Shown piece after piece: positions 54,076 to 64,000 of a DNA stretch of 64,000 nucleotides. Source of the stretch: Eledone cirrhosa (taxonomy: Eukaryota). Location: the NCBI GenBank assembly GCA_964016885.1, contig OZ024763.1, positions 11,284,001-11,348,000 of the forward strand. Reading direction: 5' to 3'. Under the pieces are notes generated by a model. It saw only the letters and a program-made list of their open reading frames with translations, had not been told where the DNA came from and searched no databases. Positions within the stretch are counted from its first letter, which is position 1; the number at the start of each line of letters is the position of its first letter. The position numbers were made by a program, and so were the translations under genes.

Positions 54076-56318
54076 CATCATCATCATCATCGTTTAACGT
54101 CCATATTCCACGCTTGCATGGGTTTGGATGGGGGTTTTCCCACTTGAGGCAAGAGTGGTTGTCTTGCTCGCATAGGACTGTCTGGTGGGTTTTCTACGGC
54201 TGGATGCCCTTCCTAACACCAACCACATTTACAGTGTGGAACTGGGAGGTTTTTACCGTTTTACCTACACGGCCACATTACAGCGTGGACTGTGTTTTTT
54301 TGTCATGACACCTACACGACCTCATTTGTTTCGGCCTGGATGTTGTGGTACAACATAACTTTACATTGAAAGGGGTGGTGTGGATGGGGTGGGGGTAGTG
54401 GGACGGGGATGTATTTTTTTAGAGGTGCCTACTGACTGTAGTAGGTTTTACTTTTTATTTAGGTAAGGCGGGTCTTCTCTATTACTGTGTAACGCCAAAG
54501 ATCTCGGTCCAGTGACATTGTCTTGGAGAGGTGTAAGTGTGTGAGGTCGGAATTTATCAAGTCGTCCCAGGTTTTTCTGGGTCTGCCTACTCCGTGGCTA
54601 CCGTCTATTTTTATTGCCCTGCACTTTTTTATGCAGCTGTCGTCTTTCATGCGCATCACGTGACCATACCAACGTAGCCTTCTCTCGAGTAAACAACATC
54701 TGATCCCTCTTATTTCTAATTTTTCCCTTAGTTCGTTTCTGCTTTGCTGTTCACGTATATTACTATTACACATCCAGCGGAGCATGCAAGCTTCGTTCCT
54801 CTCTAGTCTGCATATATCCTCTGCACACAATGCCCAGGTCTCACTGCCATGCAACATTGCTGTTCGTATGCAGGCATCATACAGCCTGCCTTTCATTTTT
54901 AGGGAGAACCCTTTAGCGGCTAATAGTGGTATAAGCTCTCTGAACTTTTTCTATCCAGTTCTGACTCTAGCTACTGTACTTTCAGAGCACCCTCCCCCAC
55001 TGCTGATTTTGTCACCCAGGTAACGGAAGCTGTCCACTACTTCTATAGAACCAAGAAAGAGCTAGTATTCTCTGGGCACTTGCTGCTACTTATTGCACCA
55101 GAGCACCGGCCACATATAAAATCTATGTTCTAACTTAGCTTACCTGTGATCCCACTACATCTTTTATGCACCCATACTTTGCATTTGGGACATAAAATAG
55201 AATTTCTACCTACTCCTTTCCAACACACTGAGCATGGCCATTTCCCGGATGGGACCGGCGCCCTATTTTCCTTCCTACAAACTAGAACTTTAGTCTTAGA
55301 CAGGTTAATTTTAAGGCTTTTTGATTCTAGGCCATGCTTCCATGTTTGGAATTTCTTCTCTAGTTCCGCCATTGATTCAGCTATGAGCGTTAGATCATCT
55401 GCGTATAGGAGTTCCCATGGGCAGCCGGTCTTGAACTCCACTGTTATAGCCTGAAGGGCAATAATAAATAGTAGGGGGCTAAGAACGGAGCCCTGATGAA
55501 CACCAACTTTTACGCTAAACTTTTCACTATATTCGTTGTTAATTCTAACCTTGCTGACTGTTTCTTTATACATGGCTTGTATAGCTCTCACAAGCCATTC
55601 ATCAACACCTAGTTTTCTAAGAGCCCACCAGATAATGGAACGGGGGACTCTGTCGAAGGCCTTCGCCAAGTCGACAAAAGCTAAGTATAGGGGTTTACTT
55701 TTAGCTAGGTACTTCTCTTGTAGTTGTCGTACAATGAAAAGAGTGTCTGTGGTACTTTTGCCTGACACAAACCCGAACTGCATGTCATCTAGATCAATTC
55801 TCTCTCTGATTAGTTGCACTATTACTTTTTCTGTGACCTTCATGACCTGGTCGATTAATTTAATGCCTCTATAGTTACTCCTATCTAGGGCATCTCCTTT
55901 ACCCTTGTAGCAGTTAATGATGATGCTGCTACGCCAGTCCTTCGGAACAACCCCATTCTGTATGACTTGGTTTACTATCCGGGTGACCATAGTGTGTCCC
56001 ACCATACCAGATGCCTTCAACATCTCAGCAACTATTTCCGAAGGCCCAGCCGACTTACCCATCTTTATATCTTTGATTGCCTTACTTATTATACTACCTT
56101 CGACTAACACTGCTGGTCCCTCTATTGGGTCGATGTGGGGGAGACTGTCTTTTTCCCATTTATTCTCCTCATTTAGTAGCCTTTCGTAGTGACACTTCCA
56201 ATCTACCTTCTTATCAGCGTCAGTGATGGCAGGTACACCATCATCATTAAGTCTACACTTCTCCCCGACAATATCACGGTTTTCCTTGACACATTGCCTA
56301 GCAATCCTGAACACCTCA
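54076..56318 (-). mobile_element. 5'-truncated RTE-clade LINE, copy 2
   Basis: Duplicate of 46438-48680; one visible amino-acid difference (KCGLN vs KCRLN). Confidence 0.95.
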
Positions 56319-56413
56319 TATATATATAGAGATATCTATATATACGTATATATAACTATGTATATATATATATAGATATCTATATATACGTATATATAAC
56401 TATGTATATATAT

Positions 56414-56462
<49 letters not shown>

Positions 56463-56733
56463 AATGTATATATATACATATTTATATGTGTGTGTGTGTG
56501 TGTGTGTATTATGTGGGTCTCAATATGTAAACAAAACGCGTAACACTGACTTCAGAAAAATCAGTGTTAGTCGATTAGAAAAATCATCAACTTCTGCGAC
56601 CTTAAAGTATCCCTACAAAATCTCAATTAATAATCTGTACAATTGTGAAAGTTATCAAGAAAGCAACTTACTAAAGTGAAAGGTATGATTTTACAAAATA
56701 GTAAGTTGAATGAGTTGTTTCCCTTAGATGAAA

Positions 56734-59700
56734 GACAACAAAACGAGGAGTCTACTGAATGCTAGAAATGGCAGCCACTGTAATATTATAAATAATGATA
56801 GTTTTAGTGGTTAAACAACCCTCAAATATATGCCATATTCAACAGTTTACCCTATAATACCATACAAAACTGATGAAAACCCTCTTCAATGGTTAAAAAT
56901 ACTAGAAATGGCGACTAAATATCCCTCAAATCACAGAGTAGTGACACTGGAAGTATTTAGAACAAATTCAATGATATATATAATATACGAGGGTAGGCTG
57001 ACCAAGATACTCTCATGGAATGACCAAATGAGGTTTATTTTTCAACATGCAAGATTTCACAGCTCTAGTATCACTCTTTCATAGGCTGACCAAGATACTC
57101 TCATGGAATGACCAAATGAGGTTTGTTTTTCAACATGCAAGATTTCACAGCTCTAGCATCACTCCTTCATAGGCTGACCAAGATACTCTCACGGAATGAC
57201 CAAATGAGATTTATTTTTTAACATGCAAGATTTCACACCCTAGCATCACTCCTTCATAGTGAGCCTATGAACTTTTCAGCCTACCTTCGTATATGTAAAC
57301 AATGTATTTATTTAATTTACAAATAATTACTATTGCTACAGTTAAAAAATGTATAAAAAATACTTTAAATTCAGTTTTTAATTCTTGCAACAATTGTGTC
57401 AATAGTTAAAGAAATTCGAAATAATTTTTGCACCCATTTTTGCGATTAAGTAAAGACGGAGTTATCGTTCTTGAGATTTCGGCTCGGACAAATTTAAGGA
57501 ACTGATGTCGCTAAATCGCCAAATCATTTACCTGCCCCGTTGCCTCATGGGAGGGTAATGGCTGCCTTTTATTTTTTAAACGATGGCAGATTCTTTAGTT
57601 TCTTTCGCAACATCTTGTTCCTTGTTTCATATAAGTAAATAATTAGAACATTTTGGCGAGAAAGATATAAAAAAGACTGCCATGGTTTTTGAAAGATAAA
57701 AGGCAGCCATTACCCTCCCATGATGCAACGGGGCAGGTAAATGATTTGGCGATTTAGCGACATCAGTTCCTTAAATTTCTCTGAGCCGAAATCTCAAGAA
57801 CGATAACTCCGTCTTTACTTAATCGCAAAAATGGGTGCAAAAATTATTTCGAATTTCTTAGTAATTATTTGTATATTAAATACATTGTTTGCATATAAGA
57901 AGGTAGGCTTAAAAGTTCATAGGCCAACTATGAAGGAGTGATGCTAGAGCTGTGCAATCTTGCATGTTGAAAAATAAACCTCATTTGGTCAGCCTATGAA
58001 GGAGTGATGCTAGAGCGGTGAAATCTTGCATGTTGAAAAATAAACCTCATTTGGTCATTCCATGAGAGTATCTTGGTCAGCCTATGAAGGAGTGATGCTA
58101 GAGCTGTGCAATCTTGCGTGTGGAATAATAAACCTCATTTGGTCATTCCATGAGAGTATCTTGGTCAGCCTATGAAGGAGTGATGCTAGAGCTCTGAAAT
58201 CTTGCATGTTGAAAAATAAACCTCATTTGGTCATTCCATGAGAGTATCTTGGTCAGCCTATGAAGGAGTGATGCTAGAGCTGTGAAATCTTGCATGTGGA
58301 AAAATAAACCGCATTTGGTCATTCCATGAGAGTATCTTGGTCAGCCTATGAAGGAGTGATGCTAGAGCTGTGAAATCTTGCATGTGGAATAATAAACCTC
58401 ATTTGGTCATTCCATGAGAGTATCTTGGTCAGCCTATGAAGGAGTGATGCTAGAACTGTGAAATCTTGCATGTGGAAAAATAAACCTCATTTGGTCATTC
58501 CATGAGAGTATCTTGGTCAGCCTATGAAGGAGTGATGCTAGAGCTGTGAAATCTTGCATGTTGAAAAATAAACCTCATTTGGTCATTCCATGAGAGTATC
58601 TTGGTCAGCCTATGAAGGAGTGATGCTAGAGCTGTGAAATCTTGCATGTTGAAAAATAAACCTCATTTGGTCATTCCATGAGAGTATCTTGGTCAGCCTA
58701 TGAAGGAGTGGTGCTAGAGCTGTGAAATCTTGCATGTTGAAAAATAAACCTCATTTGGTCATTCCATGAGAGTATCTTGGTCAGCCTATGAAGGAGTGAT
58801 GCTAGAGCTGTGCAATCTTGCATGTTGAAAAATAAACCTCATTTGGTCATTCCATGAGAGTATCTTGGTCAGCCTATGAAGGAGTGATGCTAGAGCTGTG
58901 CAATCTTGCATGTGGAAAAATAAACCTCACTTGGTCATTCCATGAGAGTATCTTGGTCAGCCTATGAAGGAGTGATGCTAGGGCTGTGCAATCTTGCATG
59001 TTGAAAAATAAACCTCATTTGGTCATTCCATGAGAGTATCTCGGTCAGCCTATGAAGGAGTGATGCTAGAGCTGTGCAATCTTGCATGTTGAAAAATAAA
59101 CCTCATTTGGTCATTCCATGAGAGTATCTTGGTCAGCCTATGAAGGAGTGATGCTAGCGCTGTGCAATCTTGCATGTTGAAAAATAAACCTCATTTGGTC
59201 ATTCCATGAGAGTATCTCGGTCAGCCTATGAAGGAGTGATGCTAGAGCTGTGAAATCTTGCATGTTGAAAAATAAACCTCATTTGGTCATTCCATGAGAG
59301 TATCTCGGTCAGCCTATGAAGGAGTGATGCTAGAGCTGTGAAATCTTGCATGTTGAAAAATAAACCTCATTTGGTCATTCCATGAGAGTATCTCGGTCAG
59401 CCTATGAAGGAGTGATGCTAGAGCTGTGAAATCTTGCATGTTGAAAAATAAACCTCATTTGGTCATTCCATGAGAGTATCTTGGTCAGCCTTCCCTCGTA
59501 TATTATATATATCATTGAATTTGTTCTAAATACTTCCAGTGTCACTACTCTGTGATTTGAGGGATATTTAGTCGCCATTTCTAGTATTTTTAGCCGCTGA
59601 AGAGGGTTTTCACAGTTTTGTAAGGTATTGTAGGGTAAACTGTTGAATATGGCATATATTTGAGGGTTGGTTAACCACTAAAACTATCATTATTTATAAT

Positions 59701-59751
59701 ATTACAGTGGCTGCCATTTCTAGCATTCAGTAGACTCTTCGTTTTGTTGTC
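56734..59751. repeat. Complete foldback (long inverted repeat) with satellite array 3 in its right arm
   Basis: Left arm starts GACAACAAAACGAGGAGTCTACTG; right arm ends CAGTAGACTCTTCGTTTTGTTGTC; centre near 57630. Confidence 0.9.
57928..59490. repeat. 88-bp satellite array 3, about 18 copies, enclosed by both MITE TIRs (57896-59500)
   Basis: Preceded by TAAGAAGGTAGGCTTAAAAGTTCATAGGC and followed by TTCCCTCGTA. Confidence 0.97.
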
Positions 59752-59948
59752 ATAATAATAATAATTGTTTCTACTTTTGGCACAAGGCCAGCAATTAACC
59801 AGTGCATTACTGGTACTTTATTTTATTGACCCCGTAAGGATGAAAGGCAAAGTTAACCTCGGCGGGATTTGAACTCAGATCGTAAAGGGACGTAACTCTA
59901 TTCATCAAAGCATGGTGTCCGACTCTCTACCGATACTGCCAATCCACC
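59752..59948 (-). mobile_element. SINE family A
   Basis: Full-length copy with (AAT)n at both sides. Confidence 0.9.
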
Positions 59949-59985
59949 TATCGATAATAATAATAATAATAATGTGTATTTTCAG

Positions 59986-60206
59986 AGACTGTAAAAAAGA
60001 ACCCTGTTGATCAGCAGAGGCTGTGCCAGATCAGTGAGAGTAACCCCTGTGATACCCGGGTACACTATGTCTGGTCAGAGAAGAGACTGAGTCTCCAAGG
60101 AAGTGACCACCTTGTTAACCCATTCATCAACTTCAGTGAGCTTGAACCTGATTCATCTGTCACCACTCCTACCACAACTTCTGATGATATATCCACCCTT
60201 ATTAAG
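59986..60206 (+). CDS. Uncharacterised host gene, coding exon 2
   Basis: Acceptor TATTTTCAG; phase 1 continues exon 1: (E)TVKKNPVDQQRLCQISE...TTSDDISTLIK with no stop; donor AAG|GTATGT, phase 0. Confidence 0.7.
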
Positions 60207-60547
60207 GTATGTCTACCTCTGTCACCAACTAATGATATATCCACCCTTATTAAGGTATGTCTACCTCTGTCACCAACTACTGATATATCCACCCTTATTA
60301 AGGTATGTCTACCTCTGTCACCAACTAATGATATATCCACCCTTATTAACGTATGTCTACCTCTGTCACCAACTAATGATATATCCACCCTTATTAAGGT
60401 ATGTCTACCTCTGTCACCAACTAATGATATATCCACCCTTATTAAGGTATGTCTACCTCTGTCACCAACTACTGATATATCCACCCTTATTAAGGTATGT
60501 CTAGCTCTGTCACCAACTAATGATATATCCACCCTTATTAAGGTATC
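60183..60547 (+). repeat. 48-bp minisatellite spanning the exon-2 donor, about 7.5 copies
   Basis: Unit GTATGTCTACCTCTGTCACCAACTAATGATATATCCACCCTTATTAAG. Confidence 0.95.
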
Positions 60548-60754
60548 TCTCTCTCTCACCTGTCCTACCACAACTTCGGACGACATATCCACCCATTCTT
60601 GCTATCATTACGAAAGAGTAGACATTTAATACAGTCTCTGCCTGTCTGTCTGTCTACCTATCTATCTGACAACCGGTGTGGGCCCTGTCCTACCCTTGCA
60701 AGCAGGGAAAAGTGGACGTAAAATGATGATGAATGATGATGATATATATATATA

Positions 60755-60871
60755 TAGGTAGAAGTGGTTACACAACAGTTAGTTCACCATACCGAGAACA
60801 ATTATTTCACCTTAGCCGAAACAATTGTTCTCGGTATGGTGAACTAACTGTTGTGTAACCACTTCTACCTA
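60755..60871. repeat. Palindrome (PLE-terminus-like) containing CGAAACAATTGTT
   Basis: TAGGTAGAAGTGGTTACACAAC... / ...GTTGTGTAACCACTTCTACCTA. Confidence 0.88.
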
Positions 60872-60999
60872 ACTCGTCCCATGGACTGAGTGCTCTACCA
60901 CTACGGATATTACCTTCCAGTGTTCTACCTCTCTCTCTATATATGTGTGTGTGTGCATGTGTGTGTGTATGCATGTGTGCATATTATTTCATTTCATTT

Positions 61000-61318
61000 C
61001 ATTTTACGTCCGCTTTTCCCTGTTTGCAAGGGTGGGAAGGGAACTGATTCTGGCTTGATTTCTACAGCTGGATGCCCTTCCTAACACCAACCTCATTTAC
61101 AGTGAGTGCTGGGTGCTTTTTTTTCCGTGGCGCCTACATGACCTCTTTGCAGTGGAAGGATATGGACCCCAGTCCCTATCATCTCATTTCTACAGCTGAG
61201 TAAACTGGAGCAATGTGAAATAAAGTGTCTTGCTCAAGGAAACAACACATCACCCGGTCTGAGAATTGAACTCCCAACCTTTCAATTGCAAGCCTAACCA
61301 CTAAGCCATGTGCCTCCA
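61000..61318 (-). mobile_element. SINE family B, full length: tRNA head, CORE-like centre, RTE-related tail
   Basis: Minus strand A box TGGCTTAGTGG and B box GTTCAATTC; tail GCTGGATGCCCTTCCTAACACCAACC is shared with the LINE 3' UTR at 46561. Confidence 0.85.
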
Positions 61319-61334
61319 CATGTATGTATGAGTA

Positions 61335-61390
<56 letters not shown>

Positions 61391-62171
61391 TGTATGTATA
61401 TATGTATGTATGTATATATATGATCTCCACAGTATTGTGAAGGTTCATAGGTGACCTGATGCAAGACCTGAGGCGAGAGAGATCCATAGTTGTCAATGTG
61501 TGAAGGAGTGCAAGTCTCTGACGGGCTTGAAAAGCGTCACACATCTGAATCTGACAAGCAATTGCAAAACTCTTAGCAGAGTTTGCAGCCATCATATATA
61601 TATAGAGAGAGATAGATATATAGATATATAGATATAGATATATATATATATATAAAAATACATTTGATACATTCGGCTCTGTAATACATCTGATAGTTTA
61701 CATTGAGCCTTTTCTCTTACCGGTGCTTAGTACTACCCTCCATATATAAACCATATATAAGTATAAATATTATTATTATTACTGAAATATATATATAACG
61801 AAGGAGTTGTGGTAAGGAACCAGATGGACCATAACGCACCAGAATACTCAATACTTAGGGTAGTAGAGTGGGTAATAGGAAAATGTTTAACCCCGACGGC
61901 AGAGCTCAAGCCGTTTCGACGGCTATTTCTGGACTAAATTAGAATTTTTGACCTGGTAAATAAATAGCCGAACTTTTTCAAGGGGTAATTCCTTATATGG
62001 GAAGATGGTAGTTGTCAAGAGGATTGGTCAAAATTTCTTGTAAACACAATTAAATCTTTCATGGATATAGATCCCAGCCTGTCTGGAAAGTCAGTAGCCC
62101 CATTTCAGTACCAACTCCTTACTAGCAGTCAAAGTATTGATGATGATGATGATGTATTTTCATTTTTGTAG

Positions 62172-62406
62172 GTATCGGCCATCACCAAGACTGTGAATTC
62201 CCAACTGCGTGGCCGTATCAACAAACCTACATTTTCTGTACCCAAACGGAAAATGGCCACAACCGAGGTCTCTCCATCAACACTGGTCCACCCAGTAAAA
62301 CCAACAACCACCACAACACAACGAAGTGTCAATTCTGCACATTTGGAAAATACCAATACATTTGAGACTGTTGCAGAAGCACTGCATCTGCAGTGGTCAG
62401 TGATAG
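62172..62406 (+). CDS. Uncharacterised host gene, coding exon 3
   Basis: Acceptor TTTTCATTTTTGTAG; phase 0, VSAITKTVNSQLRGRINKP...LHLQWSVI; donor G|GTGCGT, phase 1. Confidence 0.72.
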
Positions 62407-62450
62407 GTGCGTTCTTACAGTTTTTTGTTTTTATATCTTAACACTTCACT

Positions 62451-62484
<34 letters not shown>

Positions 62485-62807
62485 CCTCTTATCTCTCTCT
62501 CTGTCTCTGTCCTTCATTTCTATCTCCTCTCTCTTTCTCTCTCTTCTCTCTCTTCTCTCTCTTCTCTCTCTCTGTCTCTGTCCTTCTTTTCTCTCTCCTC
62601 TCTCTCTGTCCTTCTTTTCTCTCTCCTCTCTCTCTGTCCTTTTCTCTCTCCTTCTCTCTCTCTCTTTTCTCTCTCCTCTCTCTCTCTCTTTTCTCTCTCT
62701 CTCACTCCCCCCTCCTCTCCCCCCCCTCTCACAATCCTACCCACACAAAACACAATTATCCCATTAAATACAATTAAAATTAAAATCAACCCACCCTATT
62801 TATAGTA

Positions 62808-63150
62808 GGAAGGTCAACTCCATCAGGCCACTATCGCCCTCCACTGGTACAGGGAAGGTCAACTTCATCAGGCCACTATCGCCCTCCACTGGTACTAGGA
62901 AGGTCAACTCCATCAGGCCACTATCGCCCTCCACTGGTACAGGGAAGGTCAACTTCATCAGGCCACTATCGCCTTCCACTGGTACAGGGAAGGTCAACTC
63001 CATCAGGCCACTATCGCCTTCCACTGGTACAGGGAAGGTCAACTCCATCAGGCCACTATCGCCCTCTACTGGTACTAGGAAGGTCAACTTCATCAGGCCA
63101 CTACCACCATCTACTGGTACCAGGAAGATAAACCTCATCAGGCCACTGTT
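62808..63150. repeat. 45-bp intronic minisatellite, about 7.5 copies
   Basis: Unit GGAAGGTCAACTCCATCAGGCCACTATCGCCCTCCACTGGTACAG. Confidence 0.95.
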
Positions 63151-63800
63151 GCCCTCAATATCTGGTTTCTGTCAAGTTGTGGCTACCACTCTCCTGATAT
63201 TAAAGTCAAGAACGTACCATCCCCAAGACTTGAACACCTTGCTCAGGTGTGTAACTTAGTGGGTAGGATGTTCGGCTCATGACAGTAAGGTTGTGGCTTT
63301 ATTCCCCCTGACTTGGCTACTGTGGCCTTCAGTAAAGGTGCATGGTCAAGTGGTTATAATGTTGGGCTCACAACCATAAGGTCATGGGATCAATCCTTGT
63401 ACCAGGTTATGTGTTAGGTCCTTGAACAAGACATTTCATTTCACATAGCTTTGGTTCACTTGGTTGAAAATGAGTACCAGCTGTTGTTGGGACTCAATCT
63501 CACATTGGACTGGTGTCTCTAGGTTAGTTAATAACCCCATAACACTGAGGCAGTCTCATACACTGGTGTACCCTCTTGTACTCCAAGTCACTCAAAATCT
63601 CATAAAACTGGGACAGTCTTACAGTGGCCTGGCATATTCTCGTGTACTTTCAGGCACTTAAAACCCCATAAATCTGGAATAAGCTCTAGCCTAATGAATC
63701 CCTAGGCTAAATAAAAATATAAAAAACAAATCACCTTGCTTTCACCAACTTTCTAATTGTTTTCTTTTTATATAAACTATTTTATTGTTGTCATTAACAG

Positions 63801-63943
63801 GTGACAAGAATGTGACCCCTGCTTCACCTGAAGTGGTTGCACAGATTGTGGCTGAAGCAGAAAAGAGATTGAAGGCCCAGAATATACAGCAGGCACCCTT
63901 CAGTGAAAGCTTCTCCTCAGAAACATCTTCTGACATACCCCAG
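63801..63943 (+). CDS. Uncharacterised host gene, coding exon 4 (gene continues beyond the window)
   Basis: Acceptor TCATTAACAG; phase 1, (G)DKNVTPASPEVVAQIVAEAEKRLKAQ...SDIPQ; donor CAG|GTAGGT. Confidence 0.78.
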
Positions 63944-64000
63944 GTAGGTTTTTATGCGAGTTTTTGTTTTGAGTAATTCAAGTTGAAGGTTTATTCAGCT

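Larger units (their letters stand above)
42900..58190. repeat. Tandem segmental duplication, two ~7.64-kb copies (junction ~50520-50555)
   Basis: ORF offsets 45688/53326 (7638) and 48824/56464 (7640); copies nearly identical. Confidence 0.92.

Noticed and set aside
37791-59490. CRISPR array
   Set aside because: Contiguous 88-bp units with no unique spacers, no cas genes, eukaryotic context
60065-60592. Minus-strand repeat protein (HTLIRVDISLVGDRGR)n and the + ORF 60103-60504
   Set aside because: Antisense and off-frame readings of exon 2 and the 48-bp repeat; only the third + frame fits the splice phases
62391-62401. Alternative exon-3 donor TG|GTCAGT at 62395
   Set aside because: Phase 2 would not match the open frame of exon 4; the donor at 62406 does

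Overview
AT-rich, microsatellite-dense eukaryotic DNA. The repeat content (tRNA-derived SINEs, RTE, Tx1 and RLE-type LINEs, Penelope-like remnants, Tc1/mariner, hAT and Helitron-like non-autonomous elements) resembles an octopus/cephalopod genome; this is inference, not a search result. Most listed ORFs are artefacts of simple repeats. One spliced host gene of unknown function is supported on the + strand by four exons with canonical splice sites and matching phases (CDS 35116-35353, 59986-60206, 62172-62406, 63801-63943; 279 codons, continuing past the window). Its 24.6-kb intron is almost filled by a 23-kb composite bounded by inverted repeats. The composite holds three copies of a long foldback whose arms contain a tiny mariner-type MITE. 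The MITE's internal 88-bp unit has amplified into satellite arrays of about 90, 35 and 18 copies, and a recent 7.64-kb tandem duplication inside the composite carries an RTE LINE. Two other features stand out: a 48-bp in-frame minisatellite that multiplies the exon-2 splice donor eight times, and several minimal type-I hammerhead-ribozyme motifs and palindromes typical of Penelope-like element termini. All coordinates, copy counts and pairings were read by eye.
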